This document shows, piece after piece, positions 13,163 through 25,267 of a stretch of DNA of 64,000 nucleotides (its first letter is position 1; each line of letters opens with the position of its first letter). The position numbers and the translations under genes are program-made. Under the pieces are notes generated by a model that did not search any database, was not told the DNA's origin, and worked only from the letters and a program-made list of their open reading frames with translations. This stretch comes from Aplysia californica (taxonomy: Eukaryota), in NCBI RefSeq assembly GCF_000002075.1, contig NW_004797302.1:954783-1018782 (forward strand), in the 5' to 3' direction.

Positions 13163-13213
<51 letters not shown>
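13163..13213. repeat. (CA)n microsatellite
   Basis: Seen directly. Confidence 0.95.
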
Positions 13214-13215
<2 letters not shown>

Positions 13216-13499
13216 ATAGCCTATATATTATCATAGCCAGGTCCCATGAGTCGTCTGTCCTTAGGCGACACCTGCAGCTAGATCTGGGATCTTTCTACAC
13301 CTCAAAGGTGCGCATTCTCAATGCAGATCTTAGCTTCCAGCTGTACCATGTTATTATTGTTCATTTTAAAGAAACACTTCGCGAGGCTGATAGGGATCAG
13401 AGGCCAGCAATATGACAGTGGGCCCTCGATCCTCTAGAAGAACATGAAGATTTCATCGATGACATCTGGTTTAGTGACGAAGCCATTTTCACCTTTCAG

Positions 13500-13880
13500 G
13501 GTATCATCATCATCCAGTGCCAAATCTGCGACAGACTTCGGCGATCATGATTCTCCATTCATTCCTTTGCTCGGATGCTCTTTAAAAAAAACTACGTTTC
13601 CCTGATCTTTCCCTGTTACCCACTGTATTAGGTTCCCCAAGTAGGTTTCTCTGGGCCTACCCCTGCCACGCTTGCCCTCAATCTTGCCAGTGAGAGCTAG
13701 ACGTCCCTTATGTCTATTCAGGTGTCCTAAAAACTGCATTTGTCGTTTCCTGGAGGTTTTTAACTTTGAGCGTCCCACGTGGGCTTCATCAAGCATTTAT
13801 ACATGTACCTCAATTGATTTCTTTTCCTTCCACTATACTCTTAGCAGTCTCCTAAGAAACCACATTTCTGTTGCTTCTAT
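13500..13880 (-). mobile_element. RTE-clade LINE 3' fragment
   Basis: ATEMWFLRRLL...QFLGHLNR...GKIEGKRGRGRPR; (GAT)n tail near 13504. Confidence 0.8.
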
Positions 13881-13964
13881 TTTATTTTCAGAGTATGCAC
13901 TCGTGAAAAATGCTGCATACTGAGTATCTATCCACGCCCCCCCCCCCCTATTGAAAAATATTTT

Positions 13965-14345
13965 TTTTGGGTCTGTTTCCAGAGGCCTTTCCACGCTGAA
14001 AAGTGTACAGAGTGTTGATTTAACTTTTAAGCATGCCTGGTCTGGCAGGTCCTTTTTTTTTCTTCTAAAAAGATACAGATGGATATGTTGCAGCTGTAAA
14101 CACTGGCCGGTATGTCGAGGTGCTTAACCAATTATGCTCATGAATCTGAGCAGACACCGACAGTGTTGGCCCGCCAAGACCAGAGGTTCATGTGGGATGT
14201 GGCCTCGGCAAACCCGCACGTTTCTGTCAAATCAGTGATATGGATGACTGACCATTTTGGAGATCATCAGCCGCGAAAACGAACTCTTGGCCCATGATTT
14301 CTCCAGACTTGAAACCTTTGATTTTTCTGGGGGACTACCTAATAA
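13965..14345 (+). pseudogene. Decayed Tc1/mariner-superfamily transposase fragment (DD37D/maT-like)
   Basis: GPFF...VNTGRYVEVL...FMWDVA...PH...WMTDHFG...WPMISPDLKPL, matching the WPPRSPDLNPLDFFLWG motif. Confidence 0.7.
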
Positions 14346-14369
14346 TACTGTACATTTTAAAAAAAAATT

Positions 14370-14560
14370 TCATGTGTTTTATGCCCCGATCGACATAATT
14401 TAGGTCATTTAGGAGACGGGCTTCCGACCCTGCCTGTCAGAAGCAACATGGGCTTACAAGTATACAAAATCCCTACAGAAAGACAGAGATACTTGATAAT
14501 AAAATTTATCCGCACTCGGGGATCGAACTGCTACACCACAGAGGCCAGTCAGTTGGCACT
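14370..14560 (-). mobile_element. SINE-like repeat (family 3; related pieces at ~24055-24170 and ~35060-35190)
   Basis: B-box-like GTTCGATCCC and 3' GACCTAAATTATGTCGATCGGGGCATAAAAC; shared TTTAGGAG-C-GCT...CCC motif. Confidence 0.5.
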
Positions 14561-14587
14561 ACCGGAAAACAGGATCTTTCACAAGCA

Positions 14588-15100
14588 GTTTGATGGTCTA
14601 GAGGTTAAGGTGTTCCCCTCTCATTCAATGGGTCGCAGGTTCGAATCCGGATAGCGACGGAAAATTTTCTTCAAAAAAATTGTCTCATTTCGCACCCTTT
14701 CCTGCTCCCTGGCTATGTTCTACCGTCTGCTTTCCTCTCCACTTTGTGCTCCCACCCCTCACCTCCTTTGCCCCCTCATCTGGGCTCCTGACTCTTTCTT
14801 CAACCTTTCTACCGCTTCTCTTTGGCTCCTTCTTACTGTCTTTCAGCTACACCCCTGATCTTCTAGTAGGAAAGATCTACACTTAGCCTTCTCGCTCGGA
14901 TAAGGGCGAAAAATCTAGGAGGTCCCGTGTGCAAGTTGCGCACGTTAAAGATCACTTGGTGGTCCAAAATTGTTAAGAGTATGCTCCGGCCGCCACCAGG
15001 GCAAAATTCAAAATTTCGTTCCAACTGAAAATGTTTAATTTATGCAGTTGTGAGCACTGTTAAACACTTACCAAAAACAAAAACAACAAAAACAACAAAA
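14588..15100 (+). mobile_element. Second full-length copy of the Deu/Nin-type SINE
   Basis: Collinear with 1431-1982; B box GGTTCGAATCC. Confidence 0.8.
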
Positions 15101-16345
15101 AATGAGATTTTGAAACAGTGTATGGTGAAGTGAGGAACATTCCGCGGCAAAAGTATGGCAGCCATTAGATATTTCATATATCTTGAGCACAAAGGAAGAC
15201 AAAATATTATATTGTAGAGCATTTTTTCTCGGATTTCCAGAATGAAATTCTTAGGTCTTTACTCTGTAGGCCAAATGAAGCATTGTTCGAATGTCACAGG
15301 GGCGGAAAATGAATGGGTAAAGAGAAAAGGATACAAAATCAAAGCAAACTTCTGTCTTCACTTTCCTCACCAGGATCAAGGCTTGCATTGGAAAAAAACA
15401 TTTGGAAACCAGAAGTAGAGAATATGACTTTAGAACCTGCCTGCTAATTTCTCATTATATCATTTTATACCTGATAAAGGGCAGAGGTCACTGTGTAGTA
15501 ACTTTAAGTAAAATCTCTTGCTTTACCCCCCCCCCCCCCCCCACCCCCTCCTCATCTTCACTCATTCATTCATCCTGTCATTCGTATACATGTATGCGTA
15601 CATAATATAGATCTAACAAAACAATCTTGAGGGGCAAAAGCTACCACCGTGATACAAAACTATTGCCTTATCCTCAGAGGAAATAGAAACGAAAGATGGG
15701 ACCAGAAAAGTCCATTCCATTTTGCACAACTGGTGTCTATTTTCAGCGTGACTTGCAAAGATAATTTAATGTTAATACATGTAATATGCTAACAAAGATT
15801 CTTTGATGCTATGACACTTCATGATGCACGGGAGGTAAAAAAGAAAATAAACTGAAATAATGTGTACTGTGGTAGCTTCCCTTGCAATAATGGCTCTTAT
15901 GTTAAAGGAGTTGTATTTTGTATTTTGTTTTGGTATCGTTACAGTTAGCAGAGGGCAGAGGGCGATCTTTGAAAAATTCCAAAGATCCCATATTTCTCTA
16001 GCGCTGGTTCTTTGACGATACCTTGCAGAATCGATATTGATATTCTTCATTAAGACGTGCGACTACAATATTATTCCCTATCGAAAGTTGAGCAAAATCA
16101 GATGTTAATTTTTTCATGGGCGATAGTACAGATCGTTTCCAGTCAATAATGCATGGTAACGACACACCTCCTCTTTTTATTTTACACTTTACAGGAAAAG
16201 ATCATTCGTTTATGTTCCAAGTTTCGATTAGACTCTAGGCCTAATGTATCATCACGGTTTATACTCTTATAATAGAGGAAGCTTACCAGCCACAAAATTG
16301 TGGCTACCGCTGTTTTGCCGTTGTCTCGTGATCCCCAGTAACAAA

Positions 16346-16560
16346 CTAGATCTAGATCTAGACTCTAGAATCTTCTAGGCTAGATATCTAGATTCTAGAT
16401 CTAGTCTATCTAGATCTAGATCTAGATATTCTAGACACTAGATGTAGATCTAGATCTAGATAATTTGGATCTAGGAAAGGACTTCCGTATCGAGCGACCA
16501 CCCCCAACAAACACAGTAAAAGAGACCTAGATTCTAGATCTAGATCTAGATCTAGATCTA
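16346..16560. repeat. Degenerate palindromic (TAGATC)n tract
   Basis: Many CTAGATCTAG units; short copy at 720-739. Confidence 0.85.
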
Positions 16561-16809
16561 ACCCAAATCCTCTAACCTGCACCTCTATTCTACTCTGTCT
16601 CATACTATAGTTGTCGCTCGTTTCGGAAGTCCTCCCGGATCTAGAACCCCCCAAAAAGTAACGAAGTGACTATTTCTCCGAATGCCCAAGAAAATAAACT
16701 TGACCTCTCAAGATTTTGGGGTATTTTTTTGCGAGAATTCGGCATCATCTTTCGTTTTGCCATTGCGGCGAAGCAACTATTTCTCCGAACGCTCGGGATA
16801 ATAAACTTG

Positions 16810-17682
16810 GGCTGGATTGTACTTTACCGGACCACCCGTCTCGGTCCGTGATTACTACGCACACCTAGCCTAACTACACTCTCATAGTCATAGTACTCTG
16901 CGTGCGGACAAAAGGTAGTTCCGCGGGCGACTTTGCGCACGCACAGCGCAAGCCAGCGGCAACTGGCCAGGCGAGGTGAGCGAGAGTTGGTGGTTGAGAG
17001 TGGGCAGGGGATTTAACTTTGGTGAACCACCGTGTATCATACCAACAGTGGGGAGGGGGAGGGGGGTTCAGGGGGGCTTGCCCCCCTGGAAACTATAATA
17101 AAGAAAACACACAAAAATACGAAACAATAACATGAGCGGACAGTTGTGTTTACATATCAATGTAACAACAGTGGGGGGAGGGGGGGTTTCAGGGGGGCTA
17201 GCCCCCCTGGCAACAATAATTTAAAGACACTGACACACACATATTATAAACAATAACATGAGCGGACAATCAGGGTAGATACTCGCCAAGTCGCGAGCAG
17301 GGCCGAGGGGGTTGCAACTATGCAAATGAGCTCTCGTGTGCATCTTTAGCCCTCCATTGTACTTTGCCGGACCAGGAGTAGGCCTAGGCCACCCAGCAGA
17401 GTTGCGAGCAAATAAGAATAGTGGACCACGTGATAAGATTGACCAATTAGCCTCAAGATGTCAGGGTCATGGGTCAAAGGGCACGGTGGCACGGTCGTGA
17501 TGACTGAAAAACCCGGTAAGAGACGTCAGTCGATTGCTGGCAGTTGAAGAGTGAGGATGTAGAAAACTGAGTAGGAGAGTGAGTAGGAGAGCTCGGAAAC
17601 GAAGAATAGCGGGCCACTAGGCACCAGGGGCGCCATAGCGAAAGTAGTTCCGACCGGTGGTCTGGTAAAGTACAATCTTACC
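16810..17682. mobile_element. 873-bp non-autonomous TIR element, Merlin-like
   Basis: TIR GGnnnATTGTACTTTACCRGACCACCnGTC; exact 8-bp TSD TAAACTTG at 16802-16809 and 17683-17690; GG termini. Confidence 0.75.
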
Positions 17683-20600
17683 TAAACTTGAACTCTGTTT
17701 TTCCGAAAGGTTTCCGTTTTTGAGTTTTGTTGGTTAATTATTGTGAGAGTTCGGCGTCATCTTTCTTATTTCATTCCGCGAAGACTGGGAAGAAGCTGCT
17801 TTTTTTTTTTGCATCAAATTCAATTTCTAGAGCTAGATATTTTTAGTTGGCTGAATATTCAAATACTTCATTTGTAGTTGGGGCAACGTTCCAGGGACTA
17901 TACTTCATTTGAAAATGCCTTCAAAAGGTACTGCGAGAAAACAAGACTGATCGACTTTGGCAGTCTATTTTGCATTAGACATCCCTTTAAAGCAAAAATC
18001 GCAACAACAAAAATCCCTCCACGCCCCCCCCCCTACCCCCATTAACACCTTACACGCACACACACTCACACACACACACACACACTCACATACACACACA
18101 CCCACACTCACACGGCACACATGCACACTCACACCATACCCATACACACACAAACACACACGCACACACACACACTCGGGCCACTCCATTCGCAAAATAC
18201 CAAAAATACTTGAGAACAGAAACTGTTCGGAGAAATAGAGTCCAAGTTTATTTTCCCGAACTTTCGGAGAAATAGAGCCTGTATTAAAAGGATCTTCTAG
18301 TATGGACATGGTCTGAAGAATAGTCCGAATTTTTTTGGCGAAGTGACCATTTCTCCGAACGCTACTGTTGACTAAATCTCGCCGTGTTTGTTTGTTTTTT
18401 TGTATCAATTTGTGTTATCTTTTATTAATAAACAATGTCAGCAATTCTCGTTCCCTAAATTNNNNNNNNNNNNNNNNNNNNNNNNNNNNNNNNNNNNNNN
18501 NNNNNNNNNNNNNNNNNNNNNNNNNNNNNNNNNNNNNNNNNNNNNNNNNNNNNNNNNNNNNNNNNNNNNNNNNNNNNNNNNNNNNNNNNNNCTCACCCAC
18601 CACACCTAATAAGTCAGAGCTCTAAGGGTTAAAGGATTATGTGATGGGTCCGAATACAGATGACCAGGATTTTATGAGGAATGTTCTCAAAGCCAAACCT
18701 TTATTGTAATGAGCATCATTGAGGCTCAGCCTTCAGACTTTTCATATATATATATATGGTGATTAGTATAGTGGACTGAGCTGCAGTAAATAAACTCTTT
18801 TGTCCCAGTGGGGAATTTAGTACATGAATCTCTGAAAGACACTTCAGACAGCTTGGTGCCTGTCAGTGCAGACACCTGAAGCCTCCCTCCATCACCACTC
18901 CTGTGAGTGTGATGATCTCTTTGTAGTGAATGATTCCAGTTCCTTTCAAAGACATTTATAAAGAAGTCTACGTCAAAAAAGTAAAAAAGTATTGGATCGT
19001 GTCTTGCTTCAGAAGCACTGAGCAAAAGGACTTGCTGATTAGAAAGCAGCACACTTGATGAACATACCAGCATACTGACGAAGATTGAGAAGTGTCTGAA
19101 CAAATTGTGAAAAGTGTTTCTTGGAATCTAGAAATAAAAAAAAGAGGGATTGGTGACTGTTGAACATCCTGACTTCTGATGCTCAATCTAACTCAGGAAT
19201 TGCTTTGGAGGACATATATATACCCTGGATGAAGAATGTAGGGTACTGGTACAGTGAACAATTTTTATTTTCCCTTGGACGAAAACAAAAAATGTAGAGG
19301 GAGATTGTGTTGCCTGGTGCAAGTAACCAATCAGTGAGACCTTTTTTCTTCTGTAGGTTATGCACATAGAACAAGAGAAACGATGTCAGATGATCAAATT
19401 TTCATCACGATCCCACTAATGGTACTCCACAATGCCAAAGGCAAACTTTTATCTAACTTAACCACATTTTATACTGTTTCTTTTTTGGGCTCATTTATAA
19501 TACATTGTAAAATTATATACTGATTTTTAAAAAACAGCTTAATTTTGTAAGTTTAAAGTATCTGCAAGAGGAATAAATAGTGTCAAGGAACACAAGTGAG
19601 TGTGTCAGTCACAAGCTGGTCGTTTAATTTTTTTAAAAGTAGTTGATAGATGCTCAGTCACAACTCAAGTAGGCTTCATACTTACTTCTAAACTTTTCTT
19701 TAAAAGGAAAAGTGAAAGTTTCAGACATTTACTGTACCAAATTTCTTAATTACTTATCATATTAAATGACAAAACAGAATGAATTAATAAACATGGGGCT
19801 GTTTTCTTCAGTCTGACTTTTTTTCGTACATATCATTCTTTGATCAGCTTAATATTAAAATTTTAATTGTAAGTTAATTGTTTCTGATTACCACAGTGAA
19901 AATATGATGCAAGAAAAACTAACAAAACTTGAGGCTCATTATAGATCCTTATTAGGCCTTACCCACTCATAGTTTTGAAATCTGAACACATAAATCTATA
20001 ATCTGTTTGGTCCCATCCTGAACAATTGTGATTGTATGAATACATTGTATAAGGTTTTGACAAGCTTGACAACCAGAGGACAAAGTTGTACTTAGTGTAA
20101 GCGTCAAGAGTGCTCCTGATAGTGATCATGTTGATAAGACAGATATATGTGTAACTTACTACCCAACAAGTCTACTAGTTTATCATTTTCCAAAGGTATT
20201 GAGTTTTAATCAAGTAATATTAATATTTTATCCTTTAATTTCCAATGATGACCAATGCATCTGCAGAGGAGAATATTTCTTAAAGAGAAATACAAGTAAT
20301 GGGGATAAAGATGATCTGTGGCTTCTGCTATGGTGAATGAAACCAATTCTGGCAGAGAAGAGTTTGCCACATTTTTGTTGAACCTACAACAATATTATTT
20401 TGTGTAGGTTAGTCTTTTTATCTCTGAGCTAGCACATCATAGTCAAATAACTAAAGAGATTTATTTCTTAGAGATATGTTTTCAAGATAGAACCCTCTAG
20501 CTCTCAGTTCCCAACATGTGGTCATTGACACCAGTGGCCATGTAGGCCAAAGGTCAAATTCTTCCTATCATGAGATTCAATAATAGGTAGTATGCCAATA

Positions 20601-21271
20601 TCTCTTTGAGACGGTCTTGATATAAGATCATTGAAGTGACTTTGGGAAAGACATAAAGACACCTGGATGAAATATTTCAGAGAGCTTCACTGCCTGGCCC
20701 AAAGTTAAAGTGCGTAGAAAAAGATAAAAGTTAGTAAGATCACTGGTAAGAAAATTAAAAACCTTTCTAGGGCAATTATGATGAATTATAAAATGACAGC
20801 ATGCTTATTGGGAGTGAAAGTTAGTAGATTCTGCTTTTCATGTATAACTTTGGTTCTCCACTTGTTATCATGAAGAATGATAAGTTTTTCTAAGCAACTT
20901 ATGGATTGTGTGTGGCAGTAAAACTTTTTGGTGGCTACCATTCGTTTGTTTTTAAAATCTGGTCATTATAGATACAATACTTCTTTTAATATATGACTTT
21001 GGGGTTATGATTTCAATGATGTTGCTATCCTTTATGTATAATGCTTGTCATATACATCTTTCCCCTGGAGTCTTTGAAATTAGTGTCTGTAATATCAGAC
21101 ACTGGTTTTCCTGCTCTCCTCAGTAATAATAGAAGCTATAATTTTTAAAAGATATTGTGTCACCAGTTTGCTCCTTTTCCCTTATCTTTGTATTTACTTT
21201 TTTGCTTGACATTTTTTTAAAGAACAAAAATGTAATTTTTGCCCAAAATTGTGTACCCGCTATGTTCATAT

Positions 21272-21696
21272 GTGTCACGACATGGTGGAATCAGGCGCTC
21301 GTCAATTTTTGGTCATGTAGAGTTATTGGTATTATCTGAAAGCTTATTTATTTGCTTTGCTTTTAATGAAAAAAAATACCCATCCATCTTTAATAGAAGT
21401 CAAGATATTTGCAATTGAAGAGTGTGAGGTTGCCTGGTTTCAATTATGAAATTTGCGAGACAATGGTTGTTAAAGTTTGGAAATTCCAACTGCCAAACAG
21501 TCCTTGAAAAATAAAAAATGACATGATTTGTGCCTTTAGTCGACGTTTTTTGTAATATTCACATGGAAATGTGTTTTTAAATCGACTTAAAAGAAGTTGG
21601 AACAAAAAAGGAAAATTTGATGAAATTGACAGGAAAATGCTTGTTTCTCAGATTGATTTATTTTGACAAGCGCCTGATTTCACCTCGATGCCTCAC
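21272..21696. mobile_element. Same Sola1-like MITE family
   Basis: Collinear copy, ATAT TSD on both sides. Confidence 0.72.
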
Positions 21697-22349
21697 ATAT
21701 ATTCTTTATTTTTTTATCTTCCGAGTTGTTTTTCATATCGTAGTTTTTGTTATGTGCTAACCTTTGTAAGGTGTGCTGAGTGACACTTATTCACTATCAG
21801 TGTCACTATCAGCATGAGAAGGCACTTGTTGCTGCAGTCAAGTGATGTACATGTAGCAAAAGAATGCTTCAGGCCTACTGTTTACTGGTTTCAGTATGGA
21901 TAAAAACTCAGGAACTATCTACTTTGTTAAGTTCTATTCAAGAATGGATCGTGTTGCAGATAAACACTAACTTATTTCAAAATTTGAGTGGTGCCTTAAA
22001 AACTTATTTTTGTTGATTTTACATTTTAAAGGACATAGCGGACATATTATAATGTCCGATCATAGGTAAGCAAAGGAAAAGTTGTTCAATGTTTTAACGA
22101 TCATGCACATATCAGAAACTCAACTTTCCACGTTTCATAATATGATGCATGTTGTTGCCCACCTTTCTAACTTTTAGATAAGTAAAACAGTTGAAAAATC
22201 TACATTAACATCAAAGTTGCACTTTTTTTTGTACACTACAACTGCAAATAAGTGCATCTTCAATTGTTGTGGCAGAATGCACGAGCTCAGAAAGATGATT
22301 GTGTCTTGACTGTGTGTTTTCCCCAGCCGGTGACAGTTTGTACACTAGA

Positions 22350-22416
22350 ATGGCCTCTCAGCCTCTGTACAAAGAAAACCCTGTAGATCCTGACCTGGAG
22401 CACAAGGCGAAAAAAG
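22350..22416 (+). CDS. BORCS8: BORCS8 coding exon 1 (exon starts at 22327 after ccccag)
   Basis: ATG at 22350, MASQPLYKENPVDPDLEHKAKK, donor GT at 22417; phase 1 matches the next exon. Confidence 0.88.
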
Positions 22417-24524
22417 GTTTGACATTTTCCCTCTTGAAATCATCTTTTGTAGATCTTTCTGAATGAAAAATCATTTGCATGTTTATGAAGACCAATATAT
22501 AAATACGGGTAAAGTTCTCTTTTTTCTTTTTTTTTTCAGCTATTTAGGATTGAGCCGTCGTCTGAGCCTTTGAACTTTCTTTTTTACATTCCTGGGTATT
22601 TGAGATCATATGTTTGTGTTAATTCTTTTTCAAATAATTTACCACCATGACTAGCATATTGAAGATCTTTTGTACTAATTAATTTTTTGTAATCACAAAA
22701 GTGCCTCTGACAAATGCACTTATTTTCAAGCACAGCTTCCTGTGAGACCAGTGACCTGAAAACTTTCTTTGCAGAAAGTTTTTTCACAACCTGTCCTGAC
22801 TGTTTGTAGGCCTATCTTATCCACATTCTCCAAATTCTCGCTGAAGAGATGTGAACACATTCTTTTTGTTGTTGTTTTTTGTTTGGCACAAGAGTAGGCT
22901 GGCCGTTAAAGTGTTCATACAGTTTTGTTTTTGTTTTTTTTCTCAGTCAAACCAAGCAATTCAGTGTCTTTCTTTCTTCTTGTATTTTCAGTATCCGACA
23001 AATTCTCTGAGAATGTGAACGTCATAGCGAATGAGCCTTCACTGGCGTTTTACAGAATCCAGGAGCATGTCCGGAAAACTCTCCCCCAGTTGGTGGATCA
23101 GAAGGTGAGGAGTCCTGAGACGAATAAATGTCTACAATGACATCAAATAGAATTGAAATTCTGAGTCCGATTATTTTGTAGTATGCCACTGGTACTTTCT
23201 ACTTCTTTTCTTTTTTTGAATGTGATTTTACGTTGGTGAGTAATGGTTCAAAATGTCGGAGGAATTCAAGGCCCCAAGATCTGGAATGCTTTACCAAATA
23301 CTTTAAGAGAGATCAAATCTGTTGATTCATTCAAATGTCCGCTAAAGTCGTTTCTGTTTTTAAATTAATAAGATGGATATTTGGAATAATTTTCTTAGTC
23401 AGAACACAACGTTTTATATTTTATGTTACTGTTGTACGTTGTACTGTATTCATTGTAAAGAGTTCAGAGCCTGTGTACTTTGATCGGGATTGAACGCTAT
23501 ATAAATGTCATTTATTATTATTATTATTCATTAGTTATGTATCATTACATTTTTATATCAACTGATACGAGGACTAATTGAAAATAGGTGTTGCTGTACT
23601 CTGCTGACCACTTGGTCTTTTATGAGCTCCACTGTTTCTTTACTTTGGTGTACACATCTTTGATGTTGGTGGTTGGTTGCTGCTCTGGTGTGATTTGCTC
23701 CTTCTTTCCTATCAGACATGTATCATCCTTATTTCTCTTCCTTCATTTTATTTTGTATGATGCTTTCTAGTAACACCTCTAATCTTCAGCACTGAAATGA
23801 CCTATTAGTGTTGCAAGTGTCGTAAAATTCTTACTTAAAAAAAACAACAACCCAAAACTTTCGTCCTTTGCAAGCTGTTTTGAATGTGTCCTTTTTTTTG
23901 TTGTTTCCTTCTTGTAGCACGAGGTGGAAGACATTCAGGCCAAAGTACAAGGGGCTTGTTTTGATGCTGAGTATGCCACAAAGTAAGTCTTCGTTGAGGT
24001 TTGTTTTCACTCAAAAGACATATTGGAATAGGTTGGGTTTTTTTTTTAATGTAGCTGTTTTATGTCCCCATCATCACAACTTAAATAGTTTAGGAGACAG
24101 GCTTCAACCCTGACTGAAAGTGATGCAGTATCCCAATAGAAAGACTGAGATACTTGATGTAAAATCCTAATGTTGGAGAGTGCTTCTGGTACTTCCTGCT
24201 TCTTTTCTCTTTTTGAATGAGATTTTACTTTAGTGAGTAATGGCGCAAATGAAGGTAAAATTGTTCGTTAGTTATTAATCTTTTCATATTATTCTATTGT
24301 GCACTTTGGAAAGTTGCAACATAATATAGTGTTAATGTAAATAATAGTCTTAATGGAAATATAGTAACAGATGAATCTAGAAAAGTTTGCATGTATTATT
24401 TTTCCTCTCTTTTCAGTGCTGTCAAGGCAATGCAGAATAGTGCTATACATTTCCAGAATATTCAAGATCTCTTAAAAAATGCGATGTTCATGAAGCAGCA
24501 GATATCGTATGAAGATGCCAGAAG
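22350..24524 (+). CDS. BORCS8: BLOC-1-related complex subunit 8, conserved core; exons 22350-22416, 22992-23104, 23918-23982, 24417-24524
   Basis: Spliced translation MASQPLYKENPVDPDLEHKAKK-VSDKFSENVNVIANEPSLAFYRIQEHVRKTLPQLVDQK-HEVEDIQAKVQGACFDAEYATN-AVKAMQNSAIHFQNIQDLLKNAMFMKQQISYEDARR resembles human BORCS8 ([34 protein letters not shown]). All introns are GT-AG with phases 1,0,2. Confidence 0.95.
22992..23104 (+). CDS. BORCS8: BORCS8 coding exon 2
   Basis: ttttcag acceptor, ANEPSLAFYRIQEHVRK signature, GTGAGG donor. Confidence 0.96.
23280..23530 (+). mobile_element. L2/CR1-group LINE 3' end
   Basis: CTGGAATGCTTTACC...TGTAAAGAGTTCAGAGC...CGCTATATAAAT(TTA)n, an L2-type tail. Confidence 0.6.
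23918..23982 (+). CDS. BORCS8: BORCS8 coding exon 3
   Basis: Pyrimidine tract plus TAG acceptor, HEVEDIQAKVQGACFDAEYAT, GTAAGT donor. Confidence 0.93.
24417..24524 (+). CDS. BORCS8: BORCS8 coding exon 4
   Basis: tttcag acceptor, AVKAMQNSAIHFQNIQDLLKNAM, GTAACT donor. Confidence 0.93.
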
Positions 24525-25132
24525 GTAACTCTTTTCTCGGGACAATCGTTTTGTTTGTAAGAGAATGTGTAGTCAGCAAGGATTTAGTATTGCTGTAACT
24601 TTTACTGCATTAAGTGATTTCGTTATGTTCTTGGGAAAAGTAATTTATACAAATATTCCTCACTTCACTCAGGTGGGAATGGGTACCTAGAATCTACCGG
24701 GCCAGAGACAGTGAAAGGTCTTGTCATTATGTTAATGTTTTGACACTTGTAAAGTAAAAGTGAAGTAAGTAAAATGGCAGCTTGCATTAAATGATTGTAT
24801 GTTTCTATGTCAGTTGAGATTGTTTCAGAATGCCATTAGATGTGCAGAAATTAAATGTTTGCTTAAAGTGAAATTTACAGCTCCCCTGGATTTTCTTTGG
24901 TTTTGGAGAGTTTTCAGTTTAGAGAGAGTGCTTGAATAGCAAACAAAAATTTGTTAATTAGGAATTCCATTTTCTTTTAGTTTACCACTTTTTTTGGACT
25001 GACTATGCTAAATTTTAATGGACACAACTGTAGTTGCACACTAGATTCTCCAGTTCGAAATGGAATGGGGGTGTCTGTATTGTATTAACCTTTAACAGTC
25101 GTGTTTTGTTCCGGTTTTTTTTTGCTGCCCAG

Positions 25133-25267
25133 ACGGCAAGGACGAGCCAGCCCCTCTGTGGGAGGTCGGGGAGAAGAGAGTGAAAAGAACGAGGCCAGTG
25201 GGGCGGCGGCTGAGGGCGGTCAGGGCATGGAAGGCGGTCAGAGGAAAATTGGACAAGAGCAGGATGA
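25133..25267 (+). CDS. BORCS8: Probable BORCS8 exon 5, Gly/Glu-rich low-complexity extension (135 nt, phase 2-2)
   Basis: T-rich tract plus CAG acceptor; GC-rich in-frame RQGRASPSVGGRGEESEKNEASGAAAEGGQGMEGGQRKIGQEQD; GTATGT donor at 25268 (read-through stops at 25278-25280). Confidence 0.65.

Larger units (their letters stand above)
2839..18591. other. Five N runs: 2839-3002, 6913-7121, 7252-7395, 7967-8169, 18462-18591
   Basis: N characters; assembly gaps or masking. Confidence 0.98.

Noticed and set aside
16145-16165. RFX X-box suggesting a regulatory link between NFX1 and BORCS8
   Set aside because: Only a half site (CATGGTAAC); no evidence for a functional link between the neighbours
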